A stretch of 54,742 nt of DNA from an uncultured Candidatus Micrarchaeota archaeon. GTDB lineage: Archaea > Micrarchaeota > Micrarchaeia > Anstonellales > Bilamarchaeaceae. The stretch covers positions 1-54,742 of the forward strand of contig CAILMU010000061.1 in the NCBI GenBank assembly GCA_903835325.1, read 5' to 3'. Under the pieces are notes generated by a model. That model worked only from the letters and a program-made list of their open reading frames with translations. It made no database searches and was not told the origin of the DNA. This document shows positions 19,789 to 28,230 of this stretch, piece by piece (position 1 is the stretch's first letter; each line of letters begins with the position of its first letter). Made by a program: the position numbers and the translations under genes.

Positions 19789-20775
19789 ATGAGGCGGCTA
19801 ACACTGGGTTTTTTCATCCTTCTGCTGTTCAGCCAGTTGGCGTTCGCCCAGTGGGAAAGCGTCGCGGCCATTTCCGTCATAACCTCCGCAGCCATGCTCG
19901 GCCTCCTGTATATGATTGGTTTCGGATTCGGCATCCACGAGCTGATATTGAGCTCGAAAGAGGAGGCGTACCAGCTTGTTGTGGTGATCGCCATGATAGG
20001 CGGTCTCATAATCGTCCAGACAGGCGGGGATGCTATTTTCGGGGCGATGGCCGGGTATTCCACCACCATACAGGATACGGCGAAAAGCGATGCCGACGCC
20101 ATGATCACGAACCTAGCTTCCGAATTCGGGGTGCTTGCAACCCTGGAGAACGATGTCGCATATCAAGGTTCCCGGTCGCTCTCCTGCACGCTTTTCACTG
20201 TGGGCCATACTATCAGCGGGTGCGGAGGGTATTCCATGGTGAGCCCGGCCATATCCGGCGTAGAGGCAACGGTGGGGCTGGGGATAGCAGAGCTCAGCTC
20301 GCTGTCAAGGCTGATGATGATCGGCAAGGAATACTCGTTCCTCCTCCTGCTTCCGGTCGGGATAATCCTGAGGACATTCAAGATAACGCGCGGGGCCGGA
20401 GGCCTCATCATCGCTCTTGCTATCGCGCTCTATTTCGTCCTCCCGCTGATGATAATAACGATGTTCGGGATAGCCGACCAGTTCAAGAACAGCTCGGCAG
20501 GAGCCTCGTATAAGGCCGGACTGCCTTCGATGAATGTGATAGAGTGCGTACCGCAGGACACCGATGACGGGACTGGTGAGGGCACTAACCCTGGCCGGGC
20601 GATGAATATCCTGGACCAGATGATCGCGGCGACCCCGCAATACATTTTCGCACCGTTGATATATGGGATAATCACCCCTGCAATAGCATTGCTCGGGACC
20701 ATCGCCAGCCTAAGGGCATTGGCAAGCATAAGCGGCGCCGACATAGATGTCAGCGCATTGTCCAAGGTGATATGA
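19789..20775 (+). CDS. Gene E1: multi-pass membrane protein, paralog 4
   Basis: YMIG..SKEEAYQ and LLPVGIILRTFKITRGAGGLIIA. Confidence 0.8.
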   Translation: MRRLTLGFFILLLFSQLAFAQWESVAAISVITSAAMLGLLYMIGFGFGIHELILSSKEEAYQLVVVIAMIGGLIIVQTGGDAIFGAMAGYSTTIQDTAKSDADAMITNLASEFGVLATLENDVAYQGSRSLSCTLFTVGHTISGCGGYSMVSPAISGVEATVGLGIAELSSLSRLMMIGKEYSFLLLLPVGIILRTFKITRGAGGLIIALAIALYFVLPLMIITMFGIADQFKNSSAGASYKAGLPSMNVIECVPQDTDDGTGEGTNPGRAMNILDQMIAATPQYIFAPLIYGIITPAIALLGTIASLRALASISGADIDVSALSKVI

Positions 20776-20778
20776 AGG

Positions 20779-21834
20779 ATGGTGGATGTGTGCTCGGCCG
20801 GATTTTCCGACTTCATATATTCAGGCGTGATGCCAGCCGCCGCAGTGTCCGCGATCGCCGCGACCGCCGTGATCGCGGCATCTTACATGTACGGGAAGGC
20901 GACAAGCAATCCGAAACTGAACGACTATTCGAAGACCGAGGCGGTCCAGCTTCCGATAACGATCGCTTCCATCATATTCATCGTGCTGGTCATCAGCTCA
21001 TTCTGCAGCATCGACATGAACAGCGTAAGGGCGGTCTTCAACCTGCCCGTGCTCCCCAACTCGACCGATGTCTTCGGGGCCGCGGAATCGTACCTGGACA
21101 ACAGCGCGATTTTCGCCCAGCAGGCCCTTGTCACGGCCCGCTACCAGCACTCGGCGTATAATATCCTGCTGATGAGGAGCACCTATGCCTGCGAGTGGTG
21201 GTGCATATTCGGGCAGTCAGGTTTCAGCTATCAGGGATTCTCGGGTTACACCGGCAGGATGAACCTGATGGGGATGCTGATGAACACGAGCCTCATCTCC
21301 CTGTTTTCAGCATTGAATGCGCTTTTCATTTTGAATTTCGTGAAAAGCGGGTTCTTCATGATGCTCCTGCCCATCGGCATTTTCACCAGGTCGATGCCGT
21401 ATCTTCGCGCTTTCGGATCGATATTCATAGCGATAGCCATGTCATTTTTCCTGATATACCCGGCGACGCTTGCGGTCTTCTCGATGATGGATAAGCTTTT
21501 CACATCGCCTTTGGACGGGCTGACCTGCCAGTCCGGGGACAACACGATTGTTATCAAGGATTATTTGCAGAACGATGAGAACATAATAAGCAGGGATGAT
21601 TCGGATCCGGGCCTGAATATTGGAGAGAAACTGCATGATGATGAACTTGCCAGGGCTTACCTGCCCTGCGGCCAGGATTACCCTGCCCAGACAGCGCAGC
21701 TGGCCGCCTATGCGTTCATAGCGGCGGCATTCCTGCCGACGGTCGCTCTTCTGGCTGCAGCGGCAAGCGCAAGGTATATCGCCAAGATGTTCGGGGAAGA
21801 GGTAGACCTCAGCAGGGTCGCCCAGATGGTGTAG
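20779..21834 (+). CDS. Gene F1: multi-pass membrane protein, paralog 5
   Basis: YMYG..YSKTEAVQ and LLPIGIFTRSMPYLRAFG; GGTGA 8 nt upstream of the ATG. Confidence 0.8.
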   Translation: MVDVCSAGFSDFIYSGVMPAAAVSAIAATAVIAASYMYGKATSNPKLNDYSKTEAVQLPITIASIIFIVLVISSFCSIDMNSVRAVFNLPVLPNSTDVFGAAESYLDNSAIFAQQALVTARYQHSAYNILLMRSTYACEWWCIFGQSGFSYQGFSGYTGRMNLMGMLMNTSLISLFSALNALFILNFVKSGFFMMLLPIGIFTRSMPYLRAFGSIFIAIAMSFFLIYPATLAVFSMMDKLFTSPLDGLTCQSGDNTIVIKDYLQNDENIISRDDSDPGLNIGEKLHDDELARAYLPCGQDYPAQTAQLAAYAFIAAAFLPTVALLAAAASARYIAKMFGEEVDLSRVAQMV

Positions 21835-21887
21835 AAGGATGGTGCTTGCGATTAGGATTGGCGGGATAAAGGAACAATACAAGCGGT

Positions 21888-22940
21888 GTGGATATGCCTA
21901 TTGAATTCGTGCATCTGATTCTGGAAGGGGAGCTGGTCCCCAGCTCAACGATCCTGCCTTTGGAGATATGGGTAGGCCTCGCGCTCCTCTCCACGATGAC
22001 GGTCCTCCTTATCCACCTCATAATCCTGATGCTCGCCAGGGCATTCGATATCGCCGATCTCAAAGCGTATGCCGAATCCGAGATGCTCCAGGCGGCCGCG
22101 ACATTCGTGATGGCAGGGTCCATAATAATCCTTCTCGGCGGTGCCTCGAATTTCGCATACACTCAACTCTTGAGCGGAGGCCAGGTACAATGCGGCGGAA
22201 GCATGATGGACCTGGGGCACGGCGAAAATTCGTTCGCCAAAGGGCTGGAGATCGTCCGCTGCAGGCTTCTTGAGAAGGCGACTGCCATGTACGACCTGAA
22301 CAACGAGGTCAACAAGCAGGCCAAGGATTCGGGGATATTCGACAAGCTGAACGACCGGGAGAGCTTGTTCGGGATGGCGGTTTCCCAGGGAGACTGGGAT
22401 CCGACATTATATGAACAGGCCGAGAGCTACAGGTATGCCAACACCGTTTCTGCCAACCTCATGATCGCCTTGAACGCCCAGGCATTCTTCATAACATATG
22501 TGGAGAAGAACATGGTCGTCTTCTTCCTCCCGCTGGGGATAATCCTGCGCGGTTTCAATTTCACAAGAGCGATAGGCGCTTTCCTGATATCCCTCGCTAT
22601 CGGCCTGTATTTCATCCTGCCGGTCATATTCGTCCTGACGGATCCGGGTTTTGTGAGGGTGCCGCCAATCAGCAATGTCGCGACCGTGCCTTCATATTGC
22701 TATAGCACTTTCGCCGGGGTGATCACCCTCGTCAACCTGCCCAAGGTCGAGACGATAGCCGAGACCCAGACGCAGATGACGCTGTCGTCAGCAAGTTCGG
22801 CGCTGGGGAACCTGTACACGAGCCTGATAGTGCAGCCTTTCGTCGTATTGTCAATAACGCTGGTGTTCATAAGGTACGGCATGTCCCTCCTGGGGGGCGA
22901 GACGATGGAGCTTATGAGACTTGCCGGGAGGGTGGTCTGA
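21888..22940 (+). CDS. Gene G1: multi-pass membrane protein, paralog 6
   Basis: LKAYAESEMLQ and FLPLGIILRGFNFTRAIGAFLI; start GTG 21888 or ATG 21894. Confidence 0.8.
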   Translation: MDMPIEFVHLILEGELVPSSTILPLEIWVGLALLSTMTVLLIHLIILMLARAFDIADLKAYAESEMLQAAATFVMAGSIIILLGGASNFAYTQLLSGGQVQCGGSMMDLGHGENSFAKGLEIVRCRLLEKATAMYDLNNEVNKQAKDSGIFDKLNDRESLFGMAVSQGDWDPTLYEQAESYRYANTVSANLMIALNAQAFFITYVEKNMVVFFLPLGIILRGFNFTRAIGAFLISLAIGLYFILPVIFVLTDPGFVRVPPISNVATVPSYCYSTFAGVITLVNLPKVETIAETQTQMTLSSASSALGNLYTSLIVQPFVVLSITLVFIRYGMSLLGGETMELMRLAGRVV

Positions 22941-25900
22941 TGAAAATACTGCCGATCGCGATTTCATTGATGGCTTTTCTATTGATTGCCGGCTGCCTCG
23001 AGATGCCGAAGAACTACTCCTGCTGCCTGAAGGTGAATGCGAGCGATCCGCAGGACAAGTGCGTGATGTACAATTCGTCAGACCCTGACCATCCGATAGA
23101 CCTTTCTGCCAACACGACAAGCTGCAATGTCACGGCAGGGACGTGCAACATAACCACCAAAGCAGGAGGCATAAACTTCGTGGGGGCCTTCCCAGTTATT
23201 ATCGCCGTCCCCTACCCCCCGGAGACAACCCTTCTGCAGATATGCACCGAAGCAGCGCCCCAGAAATGCATCGACCCGGAATGCAGCGCCATGGTCTGCG
23301 GGGATTTCGAATACACCCCGAAACTCGGGTCTTCTGCCGAAGAGATGGAGAAGGGCCTGCCGAACCCGCCGGAGACCAGCGCGGCGATCAACCTCTACCA
23401 CGGCCAGTGCAAGATCATGCCGATGGATTACAAGCTGGCCAATGTCTTCGAAAACTCGCCGAGCTACTTGAACCGCTTCAGGCTGGGGATAGGAAGCAGC
23501 TTCGAGGAGTATTCGGCGTATAGCACATTTTTCCCTACATCCGACAAGTTCTGCAATGCAAACCCACTGGGCACCATTGACCGCTATGAGAATTACCTCA
23601 CAGCTGCTGAAACAGTCTACGATCCGGTCAAGGAAATCAACGATTCATGCGTGAGCGACAAGAATCCGTCTGAAACGCCGCTTTCATTCAAGCTCGGCTC
23701 CCTGAATATCGGGGGCGACGGGAATCTGAAGACAGGGTATAAAAACGCGAATTTCATCCGGCAGGTCGTTTTCCCCTGGTACAGCGACCAGGCCGGGGGT
23801 GGAAATCACGCGACCCCATCGTCATCCAACGGCAAACCGCTCTATGCTATCGACACGCATGACTTCACCGGCGAGAAGATAGCGTACATGACCCCATATT
23901 CGAGGCCGGATACGAAATTCTATGGCACCGAGCTCCAAAAAGTCTACATGGACGGGGCGTTCGAGTTCGACTTGTGGGTCATAAGCGTCAACAACAAGCT
24001 GGACCAGCTCAATGTCGGCCCGGAGCCATCCATGCCGGCTGTCTGCAAGAATTGCTTCGATACCTGCAATGAATCGATAACATGCATGAAGTCATCCATA
24101 TACCAGCAGTATTGCCAGGATTATTGGGACAACAGCGATGCCTGGGCAGCCAAAAAGAAAGCGGCCGAGGATGCGGTGACAAAAGCCCTCGGACAGAAGC
24201 CGAAGGAGGCCCCCCGGGGCGCGTACGAGTGCGACCCCCTCAATCCTACAGAATGCATGTCCGCGCGCTGCGATACCCAGGACTACAGCAGGATAAATCT
24301 CTTCACACGCGACCAGGAGGTCGCACTGCCATGCAGCCATTCGAAAGTCAATGAGACCCGTTTCGGCGGAAACGTCACCGAATATGATGTCATCACCTGC
24401 AAGCCGTCGATAATGAATCAGGGGGCGGGGGGGAAGCCGGTTTTCAGCACAGCCAAAGCGGATTACCTGCAGGGCAATGGCGATTACGCCACTTCAGATG
24501 CCGGCGACATCGTGCTGTTCAGTTTCCCATTTTCCAAATACCCGCCCGACCATGTTGTGGCTCATACCGAAACAAACCTGTTCGGCACTTCCAGCGCCTC
24601 AGACGCCGGCTGTGTCGACCCCGCGAGGTGCGTGCAGGGGGCGTATCCGGCCGAGTACAAGACGGATGGGAAACCCGTGGTCGGCTACACCGTAATGAAC
24701 CGCGATGAGTTCCCCAAGACGATGCTTGCGCAGATCTGCAACCTCCAAGAAGGACAGGATTACCAGGTGGTGGAAGTTAATGACGATACCGCATGCGGGA
24801 TATCAGAGTATGCGCCCGAAAATGCCTGCCTCATCGTCAAGGACCCGAACTTGCCGGTTGGGAAGAACACGTGCAATATCATGTACGGCAACTGCGGCAC
24901 GGGCTTCCTTGCGACGGACGTCGGACCTCATGAGATGAATTACTATGGAGGGAATCCTTTGATCGTCTACAACGGGTTGGTGCGCACATTCGGAAAGAGC
25001 AGCATATTCATCCCGATATGGCATGGCGACCCTCATGGGCCCGGGTCGTACATCAATAACTATGGTTATGCGAACACGATTTTCCCCGAGGAGATCAGGC
25101 CCCAGTTCGTCAAAGACCTGGAAATCAAATACAACAATACCGGGTATGATTACGAATGCCTCAAGACCCCGAGTCCGGAGTCAGGACTCCCGCCCATCAC
25201 AGATTGCCTTGCAGGGATTTCGAACGCGCCCAAGGAGATAGTATTGATCAACGGATTCGGGACATGCAACTTCAACTATTCATCCCGGGAGCTGGAAACA
25301 GAATACCCGGTCACAAAAGAGTATGGATGGTGCGACAGCTGTTCGCTTGCGACCCTGGCATACCAGAAGGTCGAAAGGAGAGGCGTCCCATACGTGCCGC
25401 TGAATGAAGTCGGATTCAGCTCCATCAGCGGTTCTGCATCGGTGTACAAGATAGACCGCTCAAGCGGAACCCCGGCAACGCTGATAAGCCCGGAAGTGTT
25501 TGAAGAATCCCAGTTGAATGACCCATACCAAACTACCCCGATATGCTCCTGGAACCCCGGTTATCACATTGGGTCATCCATACCTTCAGGTCAGATGAAT
25601 TGCAGCAGCAACAGGGATTTCGAACCGTACCACAAGAACAACCCATTTTACATACAGGCCCCTAAGGAGGTGCCGGAAGCGACATACCTGAAGAACCAGA
25701 TGGCGCGCCTTCTCCAGTCCGGGGCGATCCCGATACTGGATCTGAGCGACAAATCTAATTGGGAACCTGGCGATGCGGGGATTGACTTGGGGAGTGCGTT
25801 GCAACAAGGGGTCACAGCGGTGCAGATCGCAGCCGGTGGAAAGGATCCGGTGGCGAAACTGGTCTATAATATCGGGGCGGTGATTGTGGTCGTCCAGGAT

Positions 25901-27961
25901 TCGAATTCGGTCCTTGGGCAGCCCAGCCGGGACGAATTGAAGAACAGGAGCGCCCTCGTCCATGCGACATGCCCGAGATGCCTCACAGCCGTCCATATAA
26001 GCAGCCTGAGCGGGACGGATAATGCGACCTTTGTCAACGAGGTGAGCGACATCTTCGGCGGCAAGGACTGTTTCGGGCTCGCAGGGAATCCGGTCGGAGG
26101 GCAATGCGACATGCAGGTCGCTGATGACCCTCTGCTTGGCGTGGACCTGGTGATCTTCGATTACGGGGTGCAGGAAAACCAAAAAGCGTATGCTGATGCG
26201 ACAAACCCGAAAAAGAAGGCGGATGCCGTCCTTCTGGACTTGGAGAACAGGGGATCCTACCTTCTTCAGAACTATAAGAAACCGTCGATAATCTACGATT
26301 TCTGGGTAGGGCAGGATATCCCCGGCAATGATGAATACCATGCCAAACTCGCATGGAATGATACCGAGGTCCGGCAATTGTTCAATGAGATAATCAACAA
26401 GGAGGACGGATTGGTGGCTGCCGGGATCAACGGGATATTCTATTCGCGCATCGCTGAATTCGGGCCGCTGGACTGGTCGAAACTGCAGGCGCAGGATGGA
26501 AGCATCCACGAGGCGATGTGCTCGCTCAGCAACGCATCCACGAGGATGGTGGCGCAGAAGCCGATGTCGTTCTTCAAGCGGGTATATGCCTCCGGCAACG
26601 TGAGCTGCGTGGATTGCACGGCCGACGACCTGTACAGCGGGAAATGCAATATGAACTGTTCGGATGGCACGCAATGCCTGCCTGGAGCGGATGTGAAGCC
26701 GCCTTACCTGGTCAGGTGTCCGGATGACGGCGTCCCTGAGCCATGCACGCCCTGCAACGAGACAGGGAAGACCTACACGTGCAGGGTGGAATACGACAAT
26801 GGCTCGGTGATCGTGCAGGATGTGGATTCGAAGGATATGAACACCGACTCATACGCCGATGTCATCTCAGGCCTCAATCCGCCGGATAAGTGCTGCATCA
26901 GCAAGGGCGGGACGAACTACACATATATGCAGCAGTCTGTGACGCTGAGCGTCGATGCGCCGATCGCATTCTCGAAGACCGGGGACACGAACATAGACTG
27001 CTCTTTCCCCTCGGCCTCATCGCAGAAACCCAGCGACTCGCAGTTCTGCAATGTGAAATCGATGGCTACCAATTACCGGGTCTCCTGCTTTGACAAGACC
27101 ACTTATGCGAACCTTAACAGCAAAGGCGCATTCAAAAACGGATTCGACTTCAATATCAACTACAACCAGCTTGGCGGCACCGGGAAGACCGGCGACTTGC
27201 CGGGGCAGGTCAGCCTCGGCAATATTTTCAAGAGCGGTTCTGGAAACCCCTCGGCCGGCGGCACCCCGAACGGAGTGATCACAAGCCCCGGGGCGGCGTT
27301 AGCGCAGGATCCCTGCCTTAGCAGCATGATATCCTCTTCGGGAGGCCATGTCAGGATAGGTTCAGGAAGCGGATATTCAGCGTCATCGCAACCGGTCGGA
27401 CCAGGAGGAGTGACCCCTGGCGGGACCGGGCAGACCGATTCCGGAACTGGTACGACGGAATGTCCGCCGGAGGTGTTCGCATGCTCAGCCGCGGCATCGT
27501 CTTTCGAGAAGGATGCCGAGATCAAGTGCAAAGCGTATATCGCCGATTGCAAGGTCCACCCGTACAACTACACCGCTACGGGGATATACCAGTATTGCTA
27601 TGGCGAGGACAGCTGCCAGCTGGCATATGACCGCTACTGCGCCAATGTCACGAAGAAATACGGCGCAGACGCATATTGCAACAACAATTGCTGCAAGAAG
27701 AGCTGTGAAACCTTCTGCTCAGGAGCCGGAGGAACGTCTTGCACGACCACCTGCCAGGACGGCCCGTGTCCGCCAGAAATGAAGCTTTGCCAATGCGCAG
27801 TGCAGACCGGGGGTAGTTGCGTCAAGGACTGCAAGGATGCGATCGGTTCGAGCAGTCCGATCGTCAACCCGCCATACCCATGGGCGCCTGGAGGCGCTCT
27901 TGCCGGCAAGAGCAACGATCCCTGCGGAGTCTATCAGAAAACAACGGAGACACCGAAATAG
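22940..27961 (+). CDS. Gene H1: giant Cys-rich surface lipoprotein with a possible glycoside-hydrolase-like barrel
   Basis: Lipobox-like LLIAGC; very Cys-rich; many NxS/T sequons; TGATG overlap with G1. Confidence 0.82.
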   Translation: MKILPIAISLMAFLLIAGCLEMPKNYSCCLKVNASDPQDKCVMYNSSDPDHPIDLSANTTSCNVTAGTCNITTKAGGINFVGAFPVIIAVPYPPETTLLQICTEAAPQKCIDPECSAMVCGDFEYTPKLGSSAEEMEKGLPNPPETSAAINLYHGQCKIMPMDYKLANVFENSPSYLNRFRLGIGSSFEEYSAYSTFFPTSDKFCNANPLGTIDRYENYLTAAETVYDPVKEINDSCVSDKNPSETPLSFKLGSLNIGGDGNLKTGYKNANFIRQVVFPWYSDQAGGGNHATPSSSNGKPLYAIDTHDFTGEKIAYMTPYSRPDTKFYGTELQKVYMDGAFEFDLWVISVNNKLDQLNVGPEPSMPAVCKNCFDTCNESITCMKSSIYQQYCQDYWDNSDAWAAKKKAAEDAVTKALGQKPKEAPRGAYECDPLNPTECMSARCDTQDYSRINLFTRDQEVALPCSHSKVNETRFGGNVTEYDVITCKPSIMNQGAGGKPVFSTAKADYLQGNGDYATSDAGDIVLFSFPFSKYPPDHVVAHTETNLFGTSSASDAGCVDPARCVQGAYPAEYKTDGKPVVGYTVMNRDEFPKTMLAQICNLQEGQDYQVVEVNDDTACGISEYAPENACLIVKDPNLPVGKNTCNIMYGNCGTGFLATDVGPHEMNYYGGNPLIVYNGLVRTFGKSSIFIPIWHGDPHGPGSYINNYGYANTIFPEEIRPQFVKDLEIKYNNTGYDYECLKTPSPESGLPPITDCLAGISNAPKEIVLINGFGTCNFNYSSRELETEYPVTKEYGWCDSCSLATLAYQKVERRGVPYVPLNEVGFSSISGSASVYKIDRSSGTPATLISPEVFEESQLNDPYQTTPICSWNPGYHIGSSIPSGQMNCSSNRDFEPYHKNNPFYIQAPKEVPEATYLKNQMARLLQSGAIPILDLSDKSNWEPGDAGIDLGSALQQGVTAVQIAAGGKDPVAKLVYNIGAVIVVVQDSNSVLGQPSRDELKNRSALVHATCPRCLTAVHISSLSGTDNATFVNEVSDIFGGKDCFGLAGNPVGGQCDMQVADDPLLGVDLVIFDYGVQENQKAYADATNPKKKADAVLLDLENRGSYLLQNYKKPSIIYDFWVGQDIPGNDEYHAKLAWNDTEVRQLFNEIINKEDGLVAAGINGIFYSRIAEFGPLDWSKLQAQDGSIHEAMCSLSNASTRMVAQKPMSFFKRVYASGNVSCVDCTADDLYSGKCNMNCSDGTQCLPGADVKPPYLVRCPDDGVPEPCTPCNETGKTYTCRVEYDNGSVIVQDVDSKDMNTDSYADVISGLNPPDKCCISKGGTNYTYMQQSVTLSVDAPIAFSKTGDTNIDCSFPSASSQKPSDSQFCNVKSMATNYRVSCFDKTTYANLNSKGAFKNGFDFNINYNQLGGTGKTGDLPGQVSLGNIFKSGSGNPSAGGTPNGVITSPGAALAQDPCLSSMISSSGGHVRIGSGSGYSASSQPVGPGGVTPGGTGQTDSGTGTTECPPEVFACSAAASSFEKDAEIKCKAYIADCKVHPYNYTATGIYQYCYGEDSCQLAYDRYCANVTKKYGADAYCNNNCCKKSCETFCSGAGGTSCTTTCQDGPCPPEMKLCQCAVQTGGSCVKDCKDAIGSSSPIVNPPYPWAPGGALAGKSNDPCGVYQKTTETPK

Positions 27962-27971
27962 CGTAATTGCG

Positions 27972-28082
27972 ATGCGGATCGGAATCCTCCGTCTCTTCCA
28001 CCATCTTCCGCGGGATGAGCGCATCTCCACGCATGCGGCGCTTGTTGCCCGGGCCTTCGGCGCCACGCCTATTGTTTATAGC
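27972..28082 (+). pseudogene. trm56: 5' fragment of trm56 left at the duplication junction
   Basis: MRIGILRLFHHLPRDERISTHAALVARAFGATPIVYS aligns with EVLRLSHRLPRDERISTHVALVARAFGASSIIYS of the intact gene; similarity then stops. Confidence 0.9.
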
Positions 28083-28230
28083 TTGTTCATAGGCGAGCGC
28101 ATGACGGTGGTCTCGAACCGGGTGTTCCGCGCATCGCCGATTGCTGGACAGGATTGTTGGATTGCTTTGTCGGATAGGATTGCCGAACAGGTAGACCGGC
28201 CTGAAAAGTATTTCGGGAACGCACCTGCCA

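Larger units (their letters stand above)
11337..28082. repeat. Copy 1 of a ~17 kb diverged tandem duplication
   Basis: Eight genes collinear and homologous with 28231-45645, ending in a trm56 5' fragment. Confidence 0.95.

Noticed and set aside
22940..27961. Multiheme cytochrome or ferredoxin reading of the Cys-rich proteins
   Set aside because: No recurring CxxCH or CxxCxxCxxxC motifs were seen; lipobox and sequons point to extracellular disulfides.
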